A stretch of DNA of 63,742 nt, the filler included, from Phoronis australis (Eukaryota > Animalia > Phoronida), in the NCBI GenBank assembly GCA_002633005.1. It is 8 parts of 8 records of this genome, joined end to end, with 100 filler letters (N's around TTAATTAATTAA, not from the genome) between each part and the next. Parts side by side here need not be neighbours in the genome. Positions count along the whole stretch, not along the records: positions 50,556 to 53,116 come from NMRA01003608.1; positions 53,217 to 63,742 come from NMRA01001459.1; 6 more parts are not named here. One strand, given 5' to 3'. The position numbers and the translations under genes were made by a program. Each line of letters begins with the position of its first letter. Position 1 is the stretch's first letter. Below, in pieces: positions 51,716-63,742 of the stretch. The notes under the pieces are model-generated. The model was given only the letters and a program-made list of their open reading frames with translations. It was not told the DNA's origin and did no database searches.

Positions 51716-52048
51716 ACACACACACACACACACACACNNNNNNNNNNNNNNNNNNNNNNNNNNNNNNNNNNNNNNNNNNNNNNNNNNNNNNNNNNNNNNN
51801 NNNNNNNNNNNNNNNNNNNNNNNNNNNNNNNNNNNNNNNNNNNNNNNNNNNNNNNNNNNNNNNNNNNNNNNNNNNNNNNNNNNNNNNNNNNNNNNNNNNN
51901 NNNNNNNNNNNNNNNNNNNNNNNNNNNNNNNNNNNNNNNNNNNNNNNNNNNNNNNNNNNNNNNNNNNNNNNNNNNNNNNNNNNNNNNNNNNNNNNNNNNN
52001 NNNNNNNNNNNNNNNNNNNNACACACACACACACACACACACACACAC
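51716..52048. repeat. (CA)n microsatellite spanning an assembly gap
   Basis: CA runs on both sides of the N gap 51738-52020. Confidence 0.9.
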
Positions 52049-55000
52049 TTAGTTCCGTTGCGAAAGTTATGTAAACATAACTGTTAGTAAGGCTTATATT
52101 GCAGAGAAAAAAACACCCAGAAAACCAAATGTCACTTCTTTTCATAAAATACAGTAACACCAATTCAACCGGCACCAACAATGTCCTGTTGCCAGAAAAC
52201 CCAGTCCTTGCATATAGTTTGATAAGTTGTCGAAAGTGGTTCTAAGATTAGGGTTAAAAAGATATCAGAGGCTAGACTACTCCCGGCATCCACTGGCAGC
52301 CAGATCCAAAGCCTGTTGGTGCGTATAAAGTATGATCAATGCAATTGTCAGTGTCGGGAAATCGCTGGTTGTCTAGTGGAAATACCTCGAGTCTCGCTTG
52401 ATAAACAACAAAATTCAGTATAAAATGAAAACGAATTAATGGAATTAGGCTTGTGATAACTACAACACTAGATCAAAACTGAGTCGATCAGACATATGGA
52501 ATTTTACAGTGCAAGCTCTCGCAGCGAGCCTTAGGATCGCAAGCTCTTATTCAACGAGAAAAATTATAATGTATGTTGCTCTTATTAGGCTATGTCTGCA
52601 GGTTACGTGTGGCCAGAGTCGGAGCATGCTGTCATTTCATTACATGTCACGTCAATGAAGTTGCACTTCTTGAACAATGGTGTTGACGTCATGATAACAA
52701 TCAGACTTTGAGACTTTTTTAAAAGTCTCAAAGTCTGATTTGTGAAACGTATCCATTGGGCTGTTCTGTACTAAAAGTAACGTTTAATGTCGTATCATGT
52801 AGTAACAAAGATAACGACATCAAAATCGAGGTCGCTTGTACATAAATCTCAATCCCAATCACAAAATTTTGCTTCCCTACATATGATTACCCGTGGAAAA
52901 ACTTATGGAGGTAGAATTAGGCTACTATGCACAGTATGTAATTCATGTATCACTTCAGTCCAAGTGGTAACAAATTGAAGTTTCTCGTGAAACTGTGAAC
53001 TAAACAATGGTGACGTCAGAATGAGTGTTATCAAAATCAAGTTTTGGTCGAGTTTTGGGGCAATTTTTGTTCATTAAAGGTCAAAAATCGATTTACTCGA
53101 AAAACTGCTGTTGTAGNNNNNNNNNNNNNNNNNNNNNNNNNNNNNNNNNNNNNNNNNNNNTTAATTAATTAANNNNNNNNNNNNNNNNNNNNNNNNNNNN
53201 NNNNNNNNNNNNNNNNCAACAGTAGACAATGCATATCATTATGCTCATGCCAGCAGCACATTCCTTGTATGCAAACAGTTTGATTTGCCTGGATTTAGGC
53301 ATGTTAAAAAGTACAAAAAGTGAATGCTAAAACTGTGTTCAGCAGGCCTGAAAATAATTCATGCAAATGAGAATTTAATGTCTTCAATAACAATAACAAT
53401 ATTGATTTTTATTTATGAATGGAAGATAACGGGATAGTGTGAACATTTGTCCTATATTCCATCAAACTAATGACACCTTGCTTGACGAGCATTGCAGATT
53501 AATGACTATTTTTTCCCCATTCTGTAAGTACACATCTATAACCCAATAAATATGAAATAAATTGCTCCAAAAATGTCTCTAGCATGTTTGTTGACCATGA
53601 AAATATAAGTATAAACACCTCATTTTTCAAGTTAGCCTGCAGGAACACAAACTTTAGACGCAAATTACATTGTATGGTAATGGCGGCACCTAATTTGCAT
53701 AATTAGTTTGTTTTCAGAGTTGTAGTTTTTAGTTTTTTAGTATTCATAAGTGATGTATTGCTCAAGAAGTATTTATAAGAAGTGTACAGGTGAGACATTT
53801 CACCATTTTAAATGGTATATGGTGATTTCTATTACAAAAATATATCTGAACTTGACAATTTGGCCGCCATTTTGTTTATGCAAATTAGATGGTCAAAAAT
53901 GCAAAATTCGGCTTGGGAACAGGGTTAGTTGAATTCGCCATACCTTGATTGTGTGAAAAAGTCTTGTTCCCAACTTTTACTAAAAAATGCTTCTAGAACC
54001 TTATACAGGGCTCTTTTCAGGAAATGCGTCTAGACTATCACTTTAGGTAGTCCGTTGCCCAAAATCAGACATTTAACTACCGTGTTTTCTTGCACTGAAC
54101 ACAACCTTGCGAGCATGTTAACATTATTAGGAAACAGTAGGTCTAGGCATAGTAAAACTTTGGTCAGTGAAGAAACAATCACTGCCAATGTTGCACAGGC
54201 TTGCAGGCTTCATACGAGCAACAAACTTGATGGAAAAGTCTTATAAGGTTACACGTCACTACTTCGAAGGTTCACTACTCCAAAGTTTCACTACTCCGAA
54301 AGTGCCTGTCTTCGAATGCCCACTGCTTCGAATGTCCACAATTCCGAAACAAAAACTTCGACAGTGCAGTACTTTGATTGTCTGTTAATCAGTCGGAACT
54401 GGCATGAATAAAGTATTGTATATTTGTGTCCATTTAGGCCTAATAACTATTTAAAGGGTTTGCAAAAGTTGAATAGTTCTTAAAATTTTGGTTACATTGT
54501 TGAGCTCAGTTTCAGTCACTGAAAATCGTGATTTTTTGAATCTTACTACAAACTGCAAGCAGGGACACCATCGGGCAAGAACTCAGCCGCGACCAACGGC
54601 GGTTTTACTTAGGCGACGCACCACAGGGGGCTAGGGATTGTAGCCCCACTTTTTTCAGTGGTGCGCCGCACGTTTTAAATTTAAAAAGACTGAACGGGAA
54701 TCTTTGACTTCGTGCAAAACACAGGCAAGGACAGTGTAGCCTACTAAACTACTTTTAAGTTTCGACCCGGTCGTGCACGAGCGGTGGCAGAACTGGAGGC
54801 GCAGCGGCCCAATCACGCTGTGAAATGATGCGATCTTGACACGAATTCGATGAATGAATCGCGGTTGATAAATCCTCAATATTCCTACTTCATGTTCCGT
54901 ATTCGCAAGGTATGCGTACAATTTTGCATGCACATTAAAGTCTAGGTTTTGTTTTGGGCAGTGGTGGATTTAGAGGGGGGCACGCCCCCCCCCCTAACAT

Positions 55001-58000
55001 TCTCCCAGATTCAATTTGGCAGTTCAGGAAAGCGAATGTCTGTGGCAAAATCCTAGCTAATACTCTGCCCTGCACCACCCCCACCCCCGAACTCAAAGTC
55101 CTACTCATGGTACTCGATCCTCTCACTTCATCTAAAATAACCAAGTGTCGTTTATTTTTTGCATGTAAAAGTATAAACATTATACTTGAGTTCGAAATTT
55201 TATTTTTTTTTGGAGTAATGAACGTTCGGAATAGTAACCTTTTCCCATTTCCAGCGACGTAAGCAACTTAACTAACACACAAAATACAACCAAGGTAAAC
55301 AGTTTCAAGTCATTCTTCCACTAAATAACTTATTTTCTTCCGAGAATTTAATGAAGAGTAATCGCTCATTTAAGCACGCCTGATTTGAACGTTGGACAGG
55401 GATAGCGCAATGCTGGCCTGAAGGCGATGCTAACATGCGGCATTTTCTAATCCCCCGGACAATTTGGGTTAGCCAGTCCTTCGGAAGCGTTTTTTCCTGG
55501 AGTTCCTTACATGGTTTTCACGTTTTGTTGGTAATGGAAATTGAGTACTGTTGAGGCAACGAACATTATGAGACATACATGTATGATCAGAATGAAAGAC
55601 CAAATCCCGGGTGTTTTCGTTTTTTTAGCCAACAAAATAGGGCAAAGCCTCTTTAGGCCATGTCATATTCTGTACGCACCACAATATAACAACAGTTGGG
55701 TAATCGTCCAATATAAAGGAAGTACTATAAGACTGTGAAAAGTAAACTCGAGTGATGTCCTTGTGTTGTCTTAAATTCAACCGCGGAGTAGGCCTGCCAC
55801 ATAACGATCAACCGTGGTTTCAAAACTACCGAGTGGCCTTCTATTAATGGTCAACCCTGGGTTAACCGTTGGGTGTCATGTCACCTAACTATGGGTGTCG
55901 ACTTTCCGACAGATCGGACTACCGCTGTGCCCGTTGCCAGCGGCAACTTTTTTACTATTTTTGCCACGTCGGGGTTCCTTGACGGATGTCCATGATATTT
56001 GGTAAATAAGGTTTCATATAGTCATAGGTTTCATTAAACACGAAACGACTCCGTCCCGTTTTCGGACGGATACGACGAATTCTGCGCCATCTAGTGAGCA
56101 TTTTATTAACTTACGAGGTTGAAGATCTGCCAAACCACTCGAACAACAGTGTGAAAATGGCATTTGTGTTCCTGCTAACAACATCGTGTCTGACGTTGAT
56201 GTTCGGACAGAAAATGAAGTTTGATTTTATTCAATCAACTAAGAAACAATACAAGAAGCAGTCATACACAATAGCAAAACATTGACATAGCTTTTTAGAC
56301 CAGCGATTACAACGTGAACAAAATTTAAACATCACTCCAAACCCGAACATTTGAACATAGCTGGCTTGTTCATGAATCCAAGGGAACATATTCTCAAACA
56401 GTTCCTAGCATGCATCATTTGGCAAGTACACTATTTATTGCTTATCACAGACGGTTTCGTTATCAACACCAGTTATTGAGAGTAATCTAATGATTCACGT
56501 CATCTTTGAAAACCATACTTTAACTTCATTATTTGGGGTGTAACCTGGTGTGTAGTGTTGTCTCATACCTCGACTTTGTGTTCCAAATTACTCAACACTA
56601 TGAGCTGAATGTAACCAGAATATTGACCATGTCTAACTAAATATACTCCAGTTTGAAATTTTGTAACTTTGTATTGGCCAAATAAGAGCTCAGTTGGGCT
56701 TTAGCAGTTAATTAAAACCAGCCAGAAGATCTTGGTACAACAAGTAACAATATTTCCCAAAACAACACAATTTTCTGCCAGACAACAACCAGATACGCTT
56801 CAACAAAAGGAAGCTGCTTTGCATGAATTGGGCACAACACAGCACATACTGTAAGCTAAATGATTTTTTCTCTGGATAAATTACAAACTTCGTTTAAATA
56901 GTGGTTGAACGTAGTCAAATTATTGAAAATTGTTCTAATTTTGTGACTAAAAGCGAAGCAGATGGTAATACGATAGTGCAACAGGGGTACAAGGCATTTT
57001 GGTCATGTGCAATGCAAATAAAACACTGTGTGACAGTGAGGGTATTCCATTTCAGATACAAATATTGTTACAAGTTAGGACAAAAGCACTCAGGTTTAAA
57101 GCGCAAAATTAATTGGCACTCAACCTCAAATTTTTGAATGACATAATTTTAACGGTGATGGGCTGCAATTGGCCACTTGTCTACTGATCATCCAATAACG
57201 CGAGTTCATTAAGTATGGCAAATAAATTATTTCCCTTAGACGACATTCATATAACACCAATTGACCATCATGTTGAAAACTACTTATTTACGGAATTTCA
57301 ACACAACTAAATGTCTTCCAGGGTTTTATGCTAAGGTAGCATTTCTGAAAGTTTATAATCTTCCAAATTTTTAGCTAAAATTTGACTACAAAGCCTTTAA
57401 TCTACTGTATCTTGGAGTATTCTGCAACAGATTTCATCCTCACTGAAGATTTTCAAAATGATACCCACCCCGAAAGTTAGGTAGATTCAGCACCATCTAT
57501 TGTTTTGTGTCCTGCCATGGGGTTGAACTCTGTTTTGGGTAACACAACTCTTTAAGACATTGACTTAGTGTTCCTAATACAACATGACAATCGACGTGGA
57601 CCGAATGTAGTTCAACGATTACTTAAAAGGACAGATTCACCATGGCTAACTTGATTAATTTCAGTAGGAAGTCTGTAACTTTGCCTTATGCTACTAAAAG
57701 CAGCAAATTGCTTGAAAAAGTAACCCCATCTGGTGACATCTCATCGTCACACACTTTCACTGGCAAGTGCTCAAAAACACGGGAATGAGATCGAAAAAGG
57801 TTAGCACACAGTTAACTTTCTCACAAGACGTGCACCTAACAAACGTAAATACAAAAGAAGACAAGAGCAGCACAGTATCAAGCAACACAATGAATGGACA
57901 AAGATGAAATATGAGTGCAGTTACAGAATTAATTTCATGAATATTTACAATCACAGTTACAACCTCAAAATGTTTAATGCGAATCTTCAAGATCAAGACT

Positions 58001-60104
58001 CATGTCTTAGAATGTATTTTGCGAATATTCACCATCAAGATTGTGATTTGCATTATTTTGCGCATATTCAAAAATGCAATCTCAGCTTTACATTTCTTCT
58101 TGAATATTGCCAATCAAGAAAGTGAACTTACATTCCACAAGACTATGATTATAGTCTTTGAATATTTAAAATTAAGATTGTGAACTCACATAATATTCAG
58201 TGAATATTCAGTATCATGACTGGCCCTAACATTGGGAAGCGTGCATACAGGATTAACTCAACAATGACTACCATTGTACCCTCAACATGTATAACATTCT
58301 ACAAAGGACAATTGTGAGAATGAATATGCACGTGAAATTTTGGTGAAGCTGGCATCACTATTCATATTACATCAAAAGGCAACAACAAAGACCGTTTCAA
58401 AAATAACACCAAGGGGTAGCTGAGAAACTTTCATGACCCTGTAGGCTCAACTATCCCAGAGGATTACGGCAACAGAGCTCCCTGCGGTTGATCATAGTTC
58501 TTTCCCCGTCTCCATGGTTACGCGCCTCTTCAGTGGACCCCTTTACATGGAATAGACAAGCAATGACACCTCAACATCAGTTTGCTGATGACCACAGTCA
58601 ATTTGAATGTGTCTAAAGTTGTGCTCTCTCACTCTCCACCACTCTGGTTTTGAAATTGGTTTTTGTTGCCGCTCGCATCGCCGTCATAAGTCCGACGCCA
58701 CCGCGTGCAAATTACGCAGCGGTGCACTCTTTGTTGCTCTCATTGGCCCGTGTGTGCTGTTCTTGCTGAACCTGGCCAGTATTGCATGAAGTTGAGGCTC
58801 AACAACGCCCAACAGAGGGCGCTTCTGGGGAAGACTTTGCCAGCAGGCCTGCATAAGTTCCCAGCACTCCTCATCAAAGTGAACCAACTTTTCGGGACGA
58901 ACCCCTAAAATAAACAGGATGCTGCAAATAACTGTGACACGCCACACAAGAAAATACATGATCCTTAAACGCCCCATCTTTAAGAGAAGAGCTACACGGA
59001 GCATTGATTTTCACCCACTGTGCAGATAGAAGTGATGATCACTATTTTATACATGCACACTTAATGGGACAATGCTGGTGAACTTAATAAATAACAACCT
59101 AGAGGCTCTAGGGGAAAGGCAGAGTTTGACTTGTCTGAACAGTTTAATGTACAACGGAGAAAAAACTGCACGTAGCCTAACTCTGTTTAAAAGTTGAGAA
59201 AAGATCCAACTAATATTTATTTACTGTACATCTGCACAGTCCTTTCTCACTACAAAATCATTTACAACAGACATAGATGTGACGATAAGTATCTCAAGTA
59301 GCTAGCTAGCTCAAGCCATTTGGTGGATATGACAATCCTCCTGATACGACCATTTACCCACTGTCCCCACATCCACCCACCTCTTTTGACTGCATTCCAC
59401 AGCTGGTCCTTACTGGCGCACTGCTCAAAGGATTATGGCAGTTTCACACTGCCTGCGCAAACATACCAAAACAGGATGCCAAAGGCATAGACGTCTACGC
59501 TGTTGTCATAGCTACCACTGAAGAGCTCTGGTGCCATGTGAATAGGTGTACCTGAAATTAAGAATTAATTAAATAACTATAAAGAAAGCTCAAATTGATA
59601 AATCACTGAATAATAAACTTTTAAATGACAAACAAAGAAAGAAATACTAAGTGTCTCTCTTAAGCTGCAGATGTCAAGTTTCAATGTAAGGTCTTACACC
59701 ATACCCTAAAAGTAACAATGACAGAACAGGCTACTGTCCGTTAGAAATGTTAGATATTCATGTTCAAATACCAAATCAGTCACCTGTTGTTATGTCATCT
59801 ATTGATATGCAGATGTCCATGCATGGTATTTGAGAGAAAAGCTTGTGGTTTGGGCCGTCAATACGGAGAGCTTAAGACGAGCAACTATATCATTTTTATG
59901 GCTGCGGAGAGCATGATTAGACGGGAGTCCTGGCTGATTTATTGAGCTTTGAACCAACACAATGTTTATCGTCTGTGTTTAAATACACATGGAATATTTC
60001 ATAAACATGCAATGTAGACTACCAGCAAGTGCCAAAGATACAAACAGAAGTCAGTCTAATTTAAATATTTACATGTACAACATCACAAAATTGCCTATTA
60101 TTAG

Positions 60105-60478
60105 GCAAGACACTACCTACATGTACCTACAATACTCCCACTCATTATTATCTCAGGCCAGACACTACCTACCTACTATACTCCCACTCATTTTTACCTC
60201 AGACCAGACACTACCTACCTACAATACTGCCACTCATTGTTACCTCAGGCCAGACACTGCCAACCTACAATACTCCCACTCACTGTTACCTCAGACCAGG
60301 CACTACCTACCAACAATACTGCCACTCATTGTTACCTCAAACCAGACACTACCTACCTACAATACTGCCACTCATTGTTACCTCAGGCCATTCACTACCT
60401 ACCTACAATACTGCCACTCATTGTTACCTCAGGCCATTCACTACCTACCTACAATACTGCCACTCATCATTGCCTCTG
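60105..60478. repeat. 46-bp minisatellite (~8 copies) made of DSTYK exon end plus donor site
   Basis: Unit CACTACCTACCTACAATACTGCCACTCATTGTTACCTCAGGCCATT; last copy overlaps the exon. Confidence 0.92.
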
Positions 60479-62792
60479 GCTTGCAGAAGCCCACGTCGGT
60501 GATCTTCCTTCGGTTCCTCTTGTCCAGCTGAAAGAAATTCATGTTTCTTAACAATAACAGAATAATGGGTCTACATACAGGAACAGCTGAAGCCTGGAAA
60601 TTAACTGATTGTTGTTGTTGAAAAAAAACTTACTAATTATCTTAAACAATGCAAAGATGTCAACGAATAAGTTGGCAAAACATGCCTATTGACTGAAAGT
60701 TTATCTATTTTTTACAGAAACCATGTATTTAAACATATTTGTCATTTCAAACAAGACATCGATTTTATCCCCACATACTGCCAGAATACACCTCATTTTG
60801 GTGCTACATGTATGAACACATATCAAGCTGATATTTCTCTGTCGGATGTCCTGTCAGCCAGTGGTACTCATCAACACATTCTTCAGCTATATCACGATGT
60901 ACCAGACCTTGACTATGTAGAAACCTAATTCCCTCTACTACATCTATGGCAACTTGAAGTCTACAGGAAAAAATGGAATGAAAATGATTTTAGTAAAACA
61001 ACACTGAAAATACCAATCGTAACAACAAAAATAATATCCGTAGAAGAAATGTACCATCGTAAATTACTGTGAACAGACCAAGCGAAAGGGATCACTTCTA
61101 CCAAATAGTGTCAAGTATATACTACAAAATATTCAGCACTAGTCACTTGCAGGGATCGCGCGTTTTTGGAACCAGTTTTCTCCATTGAATAAGAGACATC
61201 AAACTAGTTCCAGAAATTTTTTAAGTCATTAGTTGTTTGCTGTGCGGAAATTATTATGTTTCATAATTAGTTAACTACCTTACCTGCTGTGTTCAGACTA
61301 AAATTACTCATGGTCACAGCTCCACATCACCCAAACTAAACAGACGAAATATCCCTGTAAAGTTACATGGGAGACAATCCTAAGAATAGCGACGTTATAC
61401 ACTAACCTGCTTGGCCAGTCTAGCCCTGTCCTTATCGCTGAGTAGAGGTCTCTAGTGAGCCTGTCCATAATGAGCAAGACAGCAGGACCTCCGCCGTAAT
61501 TACAGTCAATAACAGAACCCCTTAAGTTGACTACACGGTCGTGTTCTGGCACATTTCTGATGGAAGAAAGCCAACATGTCAATAGACAAAATTACAGATT
61601 GCGAATGGAATCAGTTTCAAACAAAAAAGATGCCAGTTTAGAGCTCCCAAATTTTGAAAAAATGATGTTTTATATTCCTACTAACTGAAAAACACTAATT
61701 AAACTCATGAACATTAACATTAGCAAACAATTGAAGGTATCTACCTAGAACAGCTTCCAATGCTCAAATTATATGAACAAGACACCTGTTTTTATTTGGT
61801 ATAGTAAAACTCTAAAGCTAAGTCATTCCAGTGCTTCTCATCAGGGGGCACCACAGTCTTTACAGAACTTGGTGAGAAGCCAGCCCACATGTCAAAAGAG
61901 TAGACGACCCCGTACTGGCCTCGTCCTACTTCACGACTCATTTGAGGCATTCCTGGTGAAAAAGTGGATAGCTGATTACATAATGATTTTTAATTGGTAT
62001 AAAGGCGTTATTAATAATGACTTTCTTTATTGGTTTAAAGTGTCGTGAACTACACAATCAGTAACAAAACAAAACAAAACAAATTACTAGTTTAAACGTG
62101 ACACTCCTAACAATTGGATCCAAGACTGTTGTGGCACTAAACAACCAGTAATCACTGGTTTCTCATTTTGGGAAGTTGAATTCATGATACACTGTTATTC
62201 AGGCCGGTTCACAGATGGTTAAAACACGGTTACTGCACCCACCAATAATAATCGATGGATAAAATACAGTTCCCGTCATGACAGTGAATTCCGCTTATAG
62301 TCATCGTTAAGGCAAAATCTTGATCATATAACAATGTTTTCCTGAACGTTAACTCTATTGGAAATTTCCTTCGCCATTTCCCGTCACGGTGAACGCTACT
62401 GCGACGCTGAATTCTTACATTCAGATGCCAAAACAACCAATTGCATCACATTTTCTACTTTGTACTTTTGTAGAGTACTGAACACGCCAGGACAAGGTCA
62501 ACGACGCTCACTGCTAGCGCTTAATTTCACATTGAATTACGGTTTAGGTGATGCAAAACAATGGCTTCCTATCAAAAATTGGGCCCACCTCTTATAGCTA
62601 CTCTATTAGATTTCTCCTCCAAATTAAGATTAAGAACACTTTAGTCCATTACAAATATGGATTGCACTTTTTAGATGTCATAAAACAACATTTGCTAATG
62701 TTCTTCATTATATGCAAGCCTGTAATCAGCCCTTGAAAAACGAATAAAAGATTCTGGCAATTATTTGAATTTGAGCGAAACGCGTGGAGAAT

Positions 62793-62929
62793 GAGCGTAC
62801 CATACATACATGTAAGACAGTCCCTGAGTGAGATACTCTCAAGAGCGTACCATACATAAGATAGTCCCTGAGTGACATACTCTCGAGAGCGTACCATACA
62901 TAAGATAGTCCCTGAGTGAGATACTCTCA
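62793..62929. repeat. 44-bp tandem repeat (3 copies) made of DSTYK exon end plus donor site
   Basis: Unit GAGCGTACCATACATAAGATAGTCCCTGAGTGAGATACTCTC starting at 62793, 62843 and 62887. Confidence 0.92.
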
Positions 62930-63742
62930 ACAGCCAGCTTGGCTACTGTTGGCGCATGAAACTTGCGAATCTTCAGTCGTTACTCCTCCGTTCGCTACAG
63001 GCGGTCATTATGTTTCACTTCGAGTTGTTTCAATGCCGCGTTAAAAACGTCATGGGAATGTCTTAGTCGGTAATTGAATTGAGCGCAGATACTTATTGCT
63101 AACCTGAAAAACAAAATATTTTGTCATAACCACATTTAACGAGGTTTTGATAAGTATTTTATTTACTCCTAAATGTTTGAAACTTTTTTAGCTTTTCGCT
63201 TCAACGGTGCAACAAAATCTGTGCATTCTGTTAGAAAATCAACTTTTGATTTTGGCCACTTAGGGATATAAGATCAGTCTTATCTTGTTCTTCACTGGGA
63301 CAGGGAATGATTTATAGGCTTGAAAACAACAGACAGACCATTATTGTCTCAGGTCAAACTCATGAAATCTGGTCCCTGGTTTATACACAGGTATACACTG
63401 AGCAGTGACGCGTATCGCCACACAATCAAGGAAAGGTAGAAAAAGGTTGGCAAGCCAAGATTACAGTTAAAGAATGAAATTCTTTTTTTACTTAAAGGAG
63501 AATGCCACCCGATTTAATTAGTCTTTTTGCCGTCTTAATCGGTCTATATCCACATCGCCTTGAATACGGTCGACCATACCTTGCCAAGAGGTGTCGCGTT
63601 AACATGTGAGGAAGGTGAGAAACGACGCTAGCGACGTCAGTGGTTCATCTGCAGAGTGAATGCCGCTATGTTGGTGCAGAGTTCCCGCTTATCCGAACTA
63701 CATGAATGCAGCTGCGAGGAAAGCGGGTATATCAGTGGCGGA

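Larger units (their letters stand above)
58684..63103 (-). pseudogene. DSTYK: Unprocessed DSTYK (Dusty/RIPK5) pseudogene; exons 62895-63103, 61796-61952, 61407-61556, 60872-60960, 60449-60527, 59381-59551, 58684-58904
   Basis: Motifs [56 protein letters not shown]; three in-frame stops, one 2-nt deletion, two GT>AT donors. Confidence 0.92.

Noticed and set aside
59989-60551. Plus-strand ORFs of 180 and 104 aa
   Set aside because: Products of the 46-bp minisatellite, antisense to a DSTYK exon

Overview
AT-rich, intron-rich animal genomic DNA, probably from a bilaterian invertebrate; not prokaryotic. The window is a concatenation of eight contigs joined by seven identical 100-bp artificial linkers (44 N + TTAATTAATTAA + 44 N), so gene neighbourhoods across linkers are not evidence. 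All recognisable host genes are on the minus strand and partial: five exons of trifunctional GART (AIRS-to-GAR transformylase junction), one septin exon, the 3' part of a single-pass receptor/adhesion gene (furin site, cadherin/Ig-like modules, an EGF module expanded by CxxGNC repeats, TM, NPxY tail), four exons of an M13 peptidase homologue with a broken HExxH motif, and a seven-exon unprocessed DSTYK pseudogene. The most notable mobile element is a ~2.07-kb internally deleted Kolobok-type DNA transposon (16854-18920) with ~150-bp TIRs and two convergent genes: a THAP-domain transposase and a Cys-rich KolX/P2X7-ballast-like protein. Also present are MITEs, a tRNA-derived SINE, Helentron-like repeats and minisatellites, several built from exon/intron junctions. 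I cannot support a wholly new biological system; family calls rest on motif recall, not database searches.
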